Source: a virus
IMG/VR virus record: IMGVR_UViG_3300028364_001588
Direction: 5' to 3' (one strand)
Length of the DNA stretch: 64,000 nucleotides
This document shows positions 9,986 to 20,151 of this stretch, one piece after another. The notes below the pieces were generated by a model. That model worked only from the letters and a program-made list of their open reading frames with translations, had not been told where the DNA came from and made no database searches. Each line of letters begins with the position of its first letter. Position 1 is the first letter of the stretch. Both the position numbers and the translations under genes were made by a program.

Positions 9986-10275
9986 ACTCTTATTTTAACT
10001 CCAGTGCAAATTCTATTTTCATCCAAAACTACTCCTATAGTTTTTATTGGTCTGTTATTTGAAAACTTTAACAAATCTATTTCTATACTTTTTGTCATCA
10101 TTCACCTTAAGTTCATTAAGCAAATAATTAATAGTGTCATCAACGCCTTTTAAATACGCTTGATTTACGTTTGACCACAATGTTTCATCAGACATGTTGT
10201 CTGGAGAATTTGGTTTTATGTTATCAGAATAGTCAACTGATTTTTCTTTAAATTTTCTCTAATATTTTTCATATT

Positions 10276-10986
10276 TTATATAAATTTCCAAACATAACCG
10301 CATGCTGTTTTTCTTTTTCCTTTACAAACTTCTCTTATGTGGTCGTTTTCGTATTTTTTTATAGCAATACTTAAGTTTTCAAACTCTTCTTGCAATTCGT
10401 TTTTATCAAACCTTCCAACCCTTAGTGTTTGATATGCGTTTTTAACTTTTATTTTCTTTTCAAAGTTACAACTTTCTTTCCAAATAAAAAAATAACCACG
10501 AGAAAATTTAGGTTTATTTTTTGGCACAGCACCCAATCGTCCTTTGATACTTTCTTCTGCTTTTTTTTTAGATTCGAACTCTTTTAAAAAATCACCTTTT
10601 AAATCATATTGAAGGATTGGTTTATATAGTTTTTTTACAACTTCTTTTGGCCTCTTTCTGCCAGTTAAAGATTTTCTTATCTTATCTTTAGTTTCCTCGC
10701 TTGTTGTATGTCCAAAAACTGCGCCACCAACTCCTCCATCTTGTAGGTTATAAAAATCTTCTGATTTAACAGCATCAAAAAAATCTATCCACCACACCTC
10801 TCTATTTTCAAGATGGCATCTATCTGTGCATTCTTCTAAAGTTATTTTTTTAAAATTTTCTTTGCCATATTTTTTTATAGCTTTAGTCAGCACTGTTCCA
10901 GAACCCAAGTAGCTTTTTTTGTTTTTTACATCTTTACCTATATAACGCTTTTTGTTAATAAGGTTAATTGTCATATAAACTACCAT
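10276..10986 (-). mobile_element. GIY-YIG homing endonuclease with NUMOD3/NUMOD1
   Basis: VVYMT.N....RYIG, YLGSG, FYNL, KRKTACGYVW; own late-type promoter 11001-11008. Confidence 0.85.
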
Positions 10987-11056
10987 AGTATTGTTTTACT
11001 ATAAATAGTTTATAAAAACACTTTTACACCAAATCCATTAAATCATAATTCCTCCA

Positions 11057-12322
11057 TCAATTTTCCGATACTTCTGCAACCTTTTCTACTTCTTTAATTC
11101 TTAAAGTGTCCTTACACAGTTGGATTTCTTCTTTGGTGCCAGTGTGTTTAATTGGATTATCACTAAGCTTAACTGTGTCAAACCATATGTCTCCAACTTT
11201 TACTTGAACAATCTTGATGACCATGTTGAGAGCTTTAACTCCAACGTCATTTGTAAAATGGGTCCCAATTCCAAAAGAACTTTTGATTGCCGCAACAGGA
11301 GAACCATAAGCTATCGCTGTCTTTATACCAAGGTCTTTACAAAACTTGTATAAGTCAACAGCAATGTCTGTATTAAGACCGTCAGAGAATACAATAGTTT
11401 TAGAAGATGAGTCAATCTCAAGTTTTCTATAATGAGCTACAACTTTAGTTGCAAACTCAAAAGGGTCGCCAGAGTCATGACGAACTCCATCAAATAATTT
11501 AGCGAATTTTTTATCGAATGTTTTGAAAAATACATCTGTAGTAAATGTATCAGAAAGTGCAATACCAAGGTCTCCTTCATAAACTTTAACCCAGTTCTCA
11601 AGAGCTCTGTAGTTTGCCATTGTGTATCCGTAATGTACAGCATGGAACATGAACCATTCATGAGCGTGAGTGCCTATCGGTTGAATGCCTGTCTTCATTG
11701 CAATATGCACATTAGATGTACCTACAAGGAATGGGTTTCCATTATCGAAACAAGAAAGCAAGTCCTCAACTACTTCCAATTGGTTGTCATAAGAATATCT
11801 TCTACGAGTTCCAAAGTCAGCAACCTTCATTCCGTGAGTGTAGAATTTCTTACCCTTTTCAATATTGTTTGTGTGCCTCTCGCTTCTGCTCTTAATTTTT
11901 TCTCCAGTCATCTGGAAGTAAAGTTCAGATATAAGCGCCATAAGAGGAACTTCCCAAAGGATAGTTCTGTACCAGTAACCAGTAATGTTGATTGTAAGGT
12001 CGCCACCGTCTTGCGTGATTCCTATTTCAGAAGAGTCATATCTATATGATTTCAAAAAATCAATATATGTAGGCTTTAAAAAGCTACCGCATTTTTGTGT
12101 AAGAAAATCAGCTTCAGAGTCTTTTAAAGATAGTTGTTCCATCTTTTTAAGTTCTTGTCTAAGCCTAAGGTCAAATCCATCTGGGAACTTTGTTCCGCCT
12201 CTGTTGATGAAATTGTACTTAACCCATTCTCTTTGAAAAAGCTCCACAACAGCTTGTTGTTGGGTAAACTTATATAAATCATTATCTATTATAGACTTAA
12301 TTATACTTGACTTTTCGTTCAT
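11057..12322 (-). CDS. pncB: nicotinate phosphoribosyltransferase
   Basis: DNDLYKFT, DFGTRRR, GTSNV, GTHAHEW, LSDTF, GVRHDSGDP, FSDGL, FGIGT, VKLSD. Confidence 0.95.
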   Translation of the reverse strand: MNEKSSIIKSIIDNDLYKFTQQQAVVELFQREWVKYNFINRGGTKFPDGFDLRLRQELKKMEQLSLKDSEADFLTQKCGSFLKPTYIDFLKSYRYDSSEIGITQDGGDLTINITGYWYRTILWEVPLMALISELYFQMTGEKIKSRSERHTNNIEKGKKFYTHGMKVADFGTRRRYSYDNQLEVVEDLLSCFDNGNPFLVGTSNVHIAMKTGIQPIGTHAHEWFMFHAVHYGYTMANYRALENWVKVYEGDLGIALSDTFTTDVFFKTFDKKFAKLFDGVRHDSGDPFEFATKVVAHYRKLEIDSSSKTIVFSDGLNTDIAVDLYKFCKDLGIKTAIAYGSPVAAIKSSFGIGTHFTNDVGVKALNMVIKIVQVKVGDIWFDTVKLSDNPIKHTGTKEEIQLCKDTLRIKEVEKVAEVSEN

Positions 12323-12344
12323 AACATTATAGTTTTATATAATA

Positions 12345-12373
12345 TTATACGAACAAATTTACAAAATGTTTCA
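12345..12373 (-). promoter_or_regulatory. ECF-type promoter TGAAAC-N16-CGTA heading the NAD cluster
   Basis: TGAAAC-ATTTTGTAAATTTGTT-CGTATAA. Confidence 0.65.
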
Positions 12374-12374
12374 A

Positions 12375-13064
12375 TTAATCCAATCTTTTTGCAGTCCACC
12401 CTTTGTGATGTTTTCTCTCCCCTTTAATTATCTTTAGTATATTAGCTCCGCTTAGATTATTTTTTTCGCAAAACAAAGTCAAACCATTTTCTGTAATGTA
12501 AATGTTTCCATCTGGGTCAGTCATCTCAAATTTCTTGATGTTTATTTTTCCTTTTGATGTTTTACTGCGCTTGTCTTTTGTTGCCTGAGTTGTTTTTCTT
12601 TTTTTTCTGGCAATACTTAAGTTTTCCTTATGCTCATCAGTAAACTTCATACCAATTCTGGCTTCACTCATTTTCTTTTTAGTTTCTTCACTGCGCTTAC
12701 TTCCGAGGTGTGCTTTTCTTATTTTTTCAGATACCCCAGGAATAGACATTATCCCACCGTCTCCACCATCTGTTAGGTTTTTTAGATTATACCCTTCTTC
12801 TCTGAGTTTTTTAATGTAATAGATTTCTTTATCATCAACTTGGTCACACGATAAACCACTCTCAACAACCACAACAAGGTTATTGAAATTACTTCCTTCT
12901 CTGATAAGTTTTCTTAGTTTGTTGTATTTTGGGAGAGTATTCCCTTCTTTGACTTCAAATAGATGTTCTCTATTTCTTCTTTTGATGTCACAGGTCTTAC
13001 CTATGTAAAAATATTGACCCTGGTCATCTATAAATGCGTAGATAGTGTGTTTTATTTCCTCCAT
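12375..13064 (-). mobile_element. GIY-YIG homing endonuclease with NUMOD3
   Basis: TIYAF...FYIGKT....R..EH, NLTDGGDG, RKHHKGW; promoter 13082-13089. Confidence 0.85.
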
Positions 13065-13159
13065 GATTTATGAGTTTTCTCATAAATAGGAATAAATTTA
13101 TAAAAGTCGTTGTCATAATTTATTTAAGTTGTTATCCAACTAATTATTATCCTTGTTTT

Positions 13160-13306
13160 CTAATCTAAAAGGTCACGCCAATGTAGGCCTTTGTCAAAGT
13201 TTGCTCTAGTTACACTCTTTCTATTTCCAATAGAAATAGCAACTATGTATATGATAACTAATAAAGGCAAAATAAAAACTGGTAATATAGTATAAAAAAA
13301 GCTCAT
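13160..13306 (-). CDS. small membrane protein (48 aa, not in ORF track)
   Basis: MSFFYTILPVFILPLLVIIYIVAISIG... follows the 13310 ORF. Confidence 0.45.
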   Translation of the reverse strand: MSFFYTILPVFILPLLVIIYIVAISIGNRKSVTRANFDKGLHWRDLLD

Positions 13307-13309
13307 AAT

Positions 13310-13543
13310 TTAATAATCTTTTGACATTCTCTCCAAAGTCTTTGCGCTCTCTTCGTGGTGCAAGTCTTTAAAGTGCGTTCCAACTTGTTCTTTATGTTCG
13401 TTTATAATAGGAACTGGCACATGCACATCCATATTATAAAGAAGTTGATGAAATCTAAGGCTTGGATATTTTTCTATTGCCTTAGATAATTCTTCAATTA
13501 TTTTTCTATTAGCCTCTTGTCTTGCGTTATTTTGTTTGTTCAT
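13310..13543 (-). CDS. hypothetical protein
   Basis: YPSLRFHQLL...EES motif typical of small phage proteins. Confidence 0.6.
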   Translation of the reverse strand: MNKQNNARQEANRKIIEELSKAIEKYPSLRFHQLLYNMDVHVPVPIINEHKEQVGTHFKDLHHEESAKTLERMSKDY

Positions 13544-13558
13544 AATATTTTTATTTAA

Positions 13559-13601
13559 AACATTTTTACCTATTCTACGTATAATAAAGAAAAATGTTTC
13601 A
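13559..13601. promoter_or_regulatory. overlapping divergent ECF-type promoters
   Basis: + strand AAC(13559)-N16-CGTA(13578); - strand TGAAAC-N16-CGTA; both share the palindrome TACGTA at 13576-13581. Confidence 0.6.
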
Positions 13602-13614
13602 ACTATTTAATTAA

Positions 13615-15027
13615 ATGAGCAAAGAAATTAGAAATAAAATAGCAAATATACTTAACGAGGAATTTGGAGAATCTCAAAAAGACAAGCTCGTTGGGATGTT
13701 AAACGCACTTGAATTTAAGAATGACGTTCTTGCAGCAGGAGGAGAAATTTACGCTGTAGGAGGAATTGTGCGTGATGCAATTATGGGAACGCCAAGTGAT
13801 GACCTTGACATTGTTGTTCGTGGTGTAGCTTACGACCAGTTATTTGCGATACTTTCTAAATATGGAAAACCGACTGACACGTCTCACGTAGATGAGAATG
13901 GTAAGAAGGATTTTGGTTCTACAAAGTTCGTTTCATCAAATAAAGCCTTTAATCAATTTCTTGCAGACAATGGTGCTGCCAGAGATATTGATGTGATGCT
14001 TCCTCGTAAGGACGCAAAGGACGTTGGAGTAAAGGGTCACAAAGGAATTAAATCTGAAGTAAACCCAATGTTTACAATTCAAGATGACCTTGAGAGACGT
14101 GACATAACAATAAACGCAATCGCCATGGATATGGCTGGCAATCTAATTGTAAATGGAACTGGGGTTGAGGACATTCAAAATGGTGTCATAAAAGCGGTTA
14201 ATGCAGATGCGTTTATTGAAGACCCGCTTAGAATGCTTAGAGCTGTAAGGTTTGCTGCAAGATACAATTACAATTGGGACCCAGAAACTGTTAGACTAAT
14301 TAAAGAAAACGCCTCACTTCTTGCTGACAAAGAAGAGTTGCACAGCAGTAGATTCTTAAAAGAGTTTCAGAAGATGATTGGTAAAGCTGATTTATCAAGA
14401 GCTGTTCGATTGATTGTTGAACTGGGTATGTACAAGCATATTTTTGGCGTAGAGTCAAAGATTCAAGATTACACTAAATTTCAATACGCAAATAGCGTTG
14501 GGGAGATGGCATACATGATGTTTGACAACGAAGCTTCAGGAACAATTTTAGGACTGGTTAACAACAATATAACAGATGACAAATACACCGCTGCCGTTGT
14601 AGAGTCTCTAATTAACTACGTTGGCAATGTGAAAAACAAAAACCTTGACTTCATCAAGAGAGTTAATGAGCTTGCTTCTATCTTTCTTAAAAAAATGGAT
14701 ACAGTTGCGAGAACAGGTCCAGGCGTAGACGTTTTAACAAACTCTTACTACATAGAACCTCATGATAGAGAGATTGCAAGAAAGTTTTCTACTGGAGAAC
14801 TTCCAGCTGGAGAAAATGACGTTGCCTTTAAGGGTCAAGAGTTTGCTGAATTTGTAAGAGACATTATAGTAAGCAACCAGGGTGAGTTTAGTAAATCAAA
14901 AGATGGCAGAAAGTTTGGTAACGCAAAAAGACTTGCGCTAACAGCTCTTTACAATGAAGAGATTGAAAACGATGTTGATAGTATTAAAAGATTCTTGATT
15001 GATTCCGCAAATCAATGGATGCTATAA
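13615..15027 (+). CDS. class II CCA-adding enzyme / poly(A) polymerase family
   Basis: AVGGIVRD, DLD, DLERRDITINAIA, FIEDPLRMLRAVRF. Confidence 0.9.
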   Translation: MSKEIRNKIANILNEEFGESQKDKLVGMLNALEFKNDVLAAGGEIYAVGGIVRDAIMGTPSDDLDIVVRGVAYDQLFAILSKYGKPTDTSHVDENGKKDFGSTKFVSSNKAFNQFLADNGAARDIDVMLPRKDAKDVGVKGHKGIKSEVNPMFTIQDDLERRDITINAIAMDMAGNLIVNGTGVEDIQNGVIKAVNADAFIEDPLRMLRAVRFAARYNYNWDPETVRLIKENASLLADKEELHSSRFLKEFQKMIGKADLSRAVRLIVELGMYKHIFGVESKIQDYTKFQYANSVGEMAYMMFDNEASGTILGLVNNNITDDKYTAAVVESLINYVGNVKNKNLDFIKRVNELASIFLKKMDTVARTGPGVDVLTNSYYIEPHDREIARKFSTGELPAGENDVAFKGQEFAEFVRDIIVSNQGEFSKSKDGRKFGNAKRLALTALYNEEIENDVDSIKRFLIDSANQWML

Positions 15028-15048
15028 ATTTGGTGTCTATTTATTTGC

Positions 15049-15144
15049 ATGAGAGGAAATAGAGGAATAAAAATAGATATATCCTTTAAGATTTTAATTG
15101 TTATACTGGCGCTGCTAACAGCTTCTGCCTTGAAGTGTTGTTAA
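15049..15144 (+). CDS. 31-aa membrane peptide (not in ORF track)
   Basis: MRGNRGIKIDISFKILIVILALLTASALKCC after CTATTTAT at 15037. Confidence 0.35.
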   Translation: MRGNRGIKIDISFKILIVILALLTASALKCC

Positions 15145-15147
15145 AAA

Positions 15148-15600
15148 TTAACAAACTTCCATAACAGCAAATGCTGGAACTCCTTCCATGTAGGCACCTA
15201 TGATGTTGTATTCATAATTTTCCATTGCCATTGTGTAAAAGCTATAATCTTCATCCTCTTCTAATTATGGGTGAGATTCATATTCGGTAATCATTTGCTC
15301 AATCATCTTTTCTCTATCGTGAAGATAAACTACATAGCCGTCAATATTTAAGTATCCTATAAGGGTATCCTCAAACCCATCAGCCTTTAAAGCTCTTGAA
15401 TTATATTGGCTAACGTGTTCAACTAATTTGTCCATATCGTTTATGATAAATGCATTTATTCCCTCATACATAGGCAAAATGGCTCCCCCAAAACGTTCAG
15501 CATAACCAATTAGTTTATCTTCATTTTCTTCATCAAACTTAATGCATGGGTCCATTTCCATTAGGTATTGCTTTAGCTCTTCTCTGTCTTCTTGTTTCAT
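15148..15600 (-). pseudogene. phage protein interrupted by an in-frame TAA
   Basis: Frame continues past TAA at 15265-15267 into LEEDEDY..MENYEYNIIGAYMEGVPAF, the C-terminus expected after the DGFED.LIG motif. Confidence 0.65.
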
Positions 15601-15708
15601 AAACGGGTAAATTTTGATTACGAATATACAAAAGTTTTTTTAGCCTTGCAAGAAAGCAGCTAAAATTCCATTTTTTTAACTATTTATGATAAAGTATCTC
15701 TAACGACT

Positions 15709-16092
15709 ATGGATAAGAAAATAATAAACGAGGAACAATTTAGAAAATTGGTAATCAAGGAAGCAAAAAAAATCTTCTCTGAGGATGTGAAATCGACTCC
15801 AGCAATGGAGAGTGGCAAGGTAGAATCAAAGAGATTGTCTATTGATGAGGTTGAAAGCTTAATCAAAGAGATGGAAGAGATGAATACTTCAATAACTTCT
15901 TTAAGCCTTAGCCTGTTAGGTGAGTCTGAAGCCGCATCTGAAGAAGCAATCGAAGAATCTAAGGGCCCAAATAGAGACCTTGATGTTAATGAGCACAATA
16001 AGAATAAGAATTATAAGCACATTAATGAAAATGAAAAAGATAGAATCAAAAGAATGTTGAATTACAATGTTCCTAAAGATGAGGATAGATAA
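15709..16092 (+). CDS. putative head-internal protein
   Basis: IINEEQFRKLVIKEAKK leader; ENEKDRIKRML motif; late-type promoter at 15680. Confidence 0.5.
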   Translation: MDKKIINEEQFRKLVIKEAKKIFSEDVKSTPAMESGKVESKRLSIDEVESLIKEMEEMNTSITSLSLSLLGESEAASEEAIEESKGPNRDLDVNEHNKNKNYKHINENEKDRIKRMLNYNVPKDEDR

Positions 16093-16111
16093 TCTTCATC
16101 AATAATATTTT

Positions 16112-16140
16112 AAAAAGCTCTGGTATCAGGGCTTTTTTTT
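16112..16140 (+). terminator. intrinsic terminator
   Basis: AAAAAGCTCTG-gtat-CAGGGCTTTTTTTT. Confidence 0.75.
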
Positions 16141-16166
16141 GTGCTCAAAATTTCTTATAATTACTC

Positions 16167-16640
16167 ATGAATAAATTAAAAGGAGAATATGTTTTTGCCA
16201 AGGATTTAATTAAAGGCGAAGCTGGAGAAGATAAGATTGTAGAGTTTATGGTTGGTCTTGGATTTGAGTTTATTAGCAGAAACAACGACAATAGATATGA
16301 TGCTGTAATGAAGTTTGATGAAACTGAATATAAGTATGAATACAAGACAGATATGTATTGCAACCCAACAAATGACACAGGAAATCTCGTTGTAGAAATA
16401 AGAAGTCGTGGAAAAGATTCAGGCATAACTGTTACTCAAGCAGATTATTTCGTAACATATTATCCTCACCTGGGGGAGATATGGAATATAAAAACTTCTG
16501 ACCTTAAAAAATTAATAGAAGATAATAATATTAGACTAAAAGAAGGAGCAGGAGACCCTGGGAGCAATACTGCTTTTTATTTAGTAAACAGAGCTACGTA
16601 CAGAAAACATTTCAAAGTACACACCATAGCTAAAGTTTAA
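16167..16640 (+). CDS. PD-(D/E)xK-like nuclease
   Basis: GEAGE, YD...YEYKTD, TGNLVVE, SGI..TQAD. Confidence 0.6.
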   Translation: MNKLKGEYVFAKDLIKGEAGEDKIVEFMVGLGFEFISRNNDNRYDAVMKFDETEYKYEYKTDMYCNPTNDTGNLVVEIRSRGKDSGITVTQADYFVTYYPHLGEIWNIKTSDLKKLIEDNNIRLKEGAGDPGSNTAFYLVNRATYRKHFKVHTIAKV

Positions 16641-16674
16641 GTTTTGCTGACTATTTATAGAGAAAGCAAATAAT

Positions 16675-16845
16675 ATGAAATTTATAAATAACTGGAAGAG
16701 CCCGAACAAACAATGGGACAAATGGGAATTCAGACTAAGACTTGGCGCTATAGATGTACTTAGACTTAAATACGACCACTCAGACAAATATTTTGAATTT
16801 AGAGTTATTAACTTAGGTGGAAAATTAGGTGGACGTAGAAAATAA
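16675..16845 (+). CDS. small hypothetical protein (56 aa, not in ORF track)
   Basis: MKFINNWKSPNKQWDKW... after CTATTTAT at 16651. Confidence 0.6.
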   Translation: MKFINNWKSPNKQWDKWEFRLRLGAIDVLRLKYDHSDKYFEFRVINLGGKLGGRRK

Positions 16846-18154
16846 CATACCAGAAGAAGGGAGAAACTTATCTCACACAGCAAAAAGAAGCGCTAAGTAC
16901 AGGAACAAAAAAGGTCCTGCTAAGTATTTCAAGCCGTATAAGAATCTTAAGTACATCGTAATGGACGAAGAAGTTGAGCCAGATGATGTATCAGTTCCTG
17001 TTGCGCCATTAAGAGATGAGTTAAATGCTAAAGTTTGGACTGCAGATAATCAATTAAGACCAGAGGTAAGACAGGCGTTGATTGATATTGCTAATTCTTA
17101 TTTTGAAGCGCTTGAGCTTGAGCTGGAAATCAAAGACATTTTGTTTACTGGAAGCCTTGCTAATTATGGATGGACTGAAGGTAGTGATATTGACTTGCAT
17201 ATTATTGTAGAGTATGGAGAACTTGGAGAAGTTGCATTTCTCGAAGACTATCTTTATCTTAAAAAGAAAAACTGGCTTGATGCTCACAATATTTCTATTT
17301 ATGGATTCGAAGTTGAACCGTTTGCAAAAGATGTTGAGAACGAATTTGCCTACAAAGCAATTTATAGCGTTCTAAATAACGAATGGGTGGTTCCGCCAAG
17401 AAAAGATAAGCCTGTAATTGATTTTGAGACAGTTAAAGAAAAGTCTGCAAGTCTTATGAATGATATTGATAAAATCTTATCAATAAAAGATAATGTACAA
17501 CAATTTGAAGCTGCTGAGAAACTTAAAAACAAGCTTGGCGGATTAAGAAACATTGGCCTACATAAAAGTGGCGAATACTCTAATGAGAACCTAATTTATA
17601 AAACACTTAGAAGAACTGGGTACCTTGATAAGTTAGGTGATGCTAAAAATGATTCGTTTGATGCTGGGCTGTCACTTAACGAAGGAGTTAAAAGCAAAGT
17701 TATAAGTGAGAATAAAACTGTAACTCAAAACCTTGGCGCTACTCCAATGGTTCATACACTAAAAGTGCAGAGTGGAATTGATGGGATGATTCCAGAAAAA
17801 ATTAGAATAATAAAAGACTTTATAAGTTTCGTGTGTGGAAAGCTTGGAATGGAAGAACCTGTAAGCGTATGCCTTAGAAGAGGTAGAGACGCTTATATTG
17901 AAACTACAGCTTCGTATGTGCCAGGAGACAATGAAAATCACATTAGATGCAATGGTAGAGCTCTTGTAGACATACTTAGAAGTATAGCGCACGAACTTAC
18001 TCACAATAGACAGAGAGAAGTTGGTATGTTCGGAAATGGAGACCAGGTTCAAAATATTGGAGGCCACATTGAGGACCAAGCTAATTCAGTTGCTGGAATC
18101 TTTATAAAAGACTTTACTCACAATTACGGGTACGACAATATTTACGACATTTAA
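16829..18154 (+). CDS. pol-beta-type nucleotidyltransferase fused to an HExxH zincin-like domain
   Basis: TGSLANY.W...SDIDLH, VE; C-terminal LRSIAHELTH..Q...IEDQANS. Confidence 0.7.
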   Translation: MDVENNIPEEGRNLSHTAKRSAKYRNKKGPAKYFKPYKNLKYIVMDEEVEPDDVSVPVAPLRDELNAKVWTADNQLRPEVRQALIDIANSYFEALELELEIKDILFTGSLANYGWTEGSDIDLHIIVEYGELGEVAFLEDYLYLKKKNWLDAHNISIYGFEVEPFAKDVENEFAYKAIYSVLNNEWVVPPRKDKPVIDFETVKEKSASLMNDIDKILSIKDNVQQFEAAEKLKNKLGGLRNIGLHKSGEYSNENLIYKTLRRTGYLDKLGDAKNDSFDAGLSLNEGVKSKVISENKTVTQNLGATPMVHTLKVQSGIDGMIPEKIRIIKDFISFVCGKLGMEEPVSVCLRRGRDAYIETTASYVPGDNENHIRCNGRALVDILRSIAHELTHNRQREVGMFGNGDQVQNIGGHIEDQANSVAGIFIKDFTHNYGYDNIYDI

Positions 18155-18367
18155 AGGTCTGTAAAACTCTTAAGTTTCACAGCTTCTTTAGCAATATCTT
18201 CATCATGAGGAGAAAGCAAAGTAAATTCACCAAGCAATGATTCTTGAAGTGCTTTTGTAAGCTCTGCAACTCCCTCAGAGTTTGTTTCATTCATTATTTC
18301 TTCCCACATTTCATCACCCTTAAGGTCTTCTTCTGTAAGTGTTATTTCGAATACGTATTTTTTTCAT
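18151..18367 (-). pseudogene. small acidic protein frameshifted just after ATG
   Basis: ATG-A7; removing one A gives a 71-aa ORF MKKYVFEITLTEEDL... Confidence 0.45.
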
Positions 18368-19245
18368 AAGTCAAGTATGCTTATTTGTTTTCCTGGAAAG
18401 TTTAATTTCTTATCTGGCTTAGATATGCCAAATTTCTTTGCAACTTCTTTGATTTGAAAGTTTGCTGAATTATTTCTGTAAGGACCATAATCTGGAAGTC
18501 TTGGGTCAATATAGAACGTGTGGTCGAAGAGCCAGTTTTCTTCAGCGACTCTGATGCACTCGTGAGTAAGAACGTCTTTGTCTTTAAGTTCGAATTGGCT
18601 AACATGAAAAAGGAGCGCAGAATAAGATTTAAGTTTTGATGGCTTCATGGTAACTCCAGCGGAAGCGAAACCAAGCTCAGACCTTCTATTAAAGGCGTTT
18701 GAGTTCATGAATATATCAAGCTCTTTAGTTCTTCTAACATCAGACAAGATGATGTTGTTGTGACCAGCGGCATCAATTTCCATTGCTTTATTTATCCAAT
18801 AGTATCCTCCATTGATTTCACGAAGCTTTTCTCCATACCAAATGATAAATGGCCTAAGTCTTTTTTTAACTGGAATGTCTTCAGTTTGAAAGTCCATCAT
18901 ATCCATTGTAAGAGTTCTCATATCTTCAAGCAAGAGAGCGTCAGAAACATCTGGATGTATGTCTTCAGAGAAGTGCGTGTTGGGTATTTCTGCAAGGTAC
19001 TCATAAACAGCTTTCTTAAGATATTTATTCATCTCAATTTTAATGTTGTCAGCAAAAGCTACTCTATGATAACCATAGTCATCAATAAACTTCTTAGCTA
19101 TTGTATCTTTTCCGCTTTTTGCATATCCAACTAAACCTAAAATTATTTTGTTATTTAATAATTCATAATTTATCTTTTCATGCTTTTCTTTAGAAATTAA
19201 ACAATCTGGAATTTTTATATCAAAATCATACTGATGGTCAAACAT
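18364..19245 (-). CDS. deoxynucleoside monophosphate kinase (T4 gp1-like)
   Basis: LVGYAKSGKDT, VAFADNIK, LSDVR. Confidence 0.75.
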   Translation of the reverse strand: MFDHQYDFDIKIPDCLISKEKHEKINYELLNNKIILGLVGYAKSGKDTIAKKFIDDYGYHRVAFADNIKIEMNKYLKKAVYEYLAEIPNTHFSEDIHPDVSDALLLEDMRTLTMDMMDFQTEDIPVKKRLRPFIIWYGEKLREINGGYYWINKAMEIDAAGHNNIILSDVRRTKELDIFMNSNAFNRRSELGFASAGVTMKPSKLKSYSALLFHVSQFELKDKDVLTHECIRVAEENWLFDHTFYIDPRLPDYGPYRNNSANFQIKEVAKKFGISKPDKKLNFPGKQISILDL

Positions 19246-19275
19246 ATTTTTATTTTTTTGTAAAGTTATAATATC

Positions 19276-20076
19276 TTACTCATATTTCCAAATAAATCCT
19301 TTAGCTGTTTTCGATTTTCCAACACAAGCTCTTCTAATGTTTTCTTCAATACATTTCATTTTATTAGATGCATCTCTACAGCTATCAAAAGTTCTTATAA
19401 ATTCTCCACTTAAATCAAATTGACCAACACGCCTTGCTGTTTTTTTGCCAGATAATTTATATCCAGATTTACCAGTATTCCACGGATTTGATTTAGTTTT
19501 AAAACTTCCATCGTTAGATTTTCTTTTTCTGTTAATATAGCAATTTATAAAATCATTAAATTGCTTTTCTGTCATAGTTTCGTATGTAATTTTCCTTAGC
19601 CATAAAAACCCTCCAGTAGAAAGTCTTTCTTTATCTATAGATTTAAACATATCTTTTCCAAAAACCCTCCTTGCTATGATATAAGATTCAAATTCTTTAA
19701 CTACCACTCCAGAATCGCTAATTTGAAGTATAGGGATAGAGTTTTCTCCTTTTTTAAAAGATGTTTTGTTTGCAAATGTACAGCCATCTCCACCGCTAGT
19801 ATGGTTAACTAAATCAAAGCCCCATGTTTTAATTTGAGAAATCCAATAAGTTTCCCAAAACCTCCAATCATCTAAAGGAACAATATCTATAACTTCTATT
19901 ATTGGTTTTAATTTTTTCTTTTTCAAAGACTCAATCCAATTTTTTTTATGAGTTTGATGCTTTCTAGCTTTATTTAAGTGTGCTCTATATCTTTGTGTTA
20001 CATTATTAGCTTTACCAATGTATCTAATTTTATTTGTCTCTGGGTCTCTTAGTGTGTAAATATTTGTAAAATTCAT
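19276..20076 (-). mobile_element. GIY-YIG homing endonuclease with NUMOD1
   Basis: IYTLRDP...IRYIGK, NHTSGGDG, KTAKGFIW; promoter 20091-20097. Confidence 0.85.
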
Positions 20077-20151
20077 AATAATGATTTATTATAAATATGA
20101 ACAAAAAATATAAAAACGAGAGCCCATTAATGCTATATCCGCAAAGACCTA

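Noticed and set aside
1-15600. Stop-codon reassignment suggested by in-frame stops (ORF from 133; 15265)
   Set aside because: TAA, TAG and TGA all end recognisable genes at expected lengths and long genes are uninterrupted; isolated stops fit point errors.
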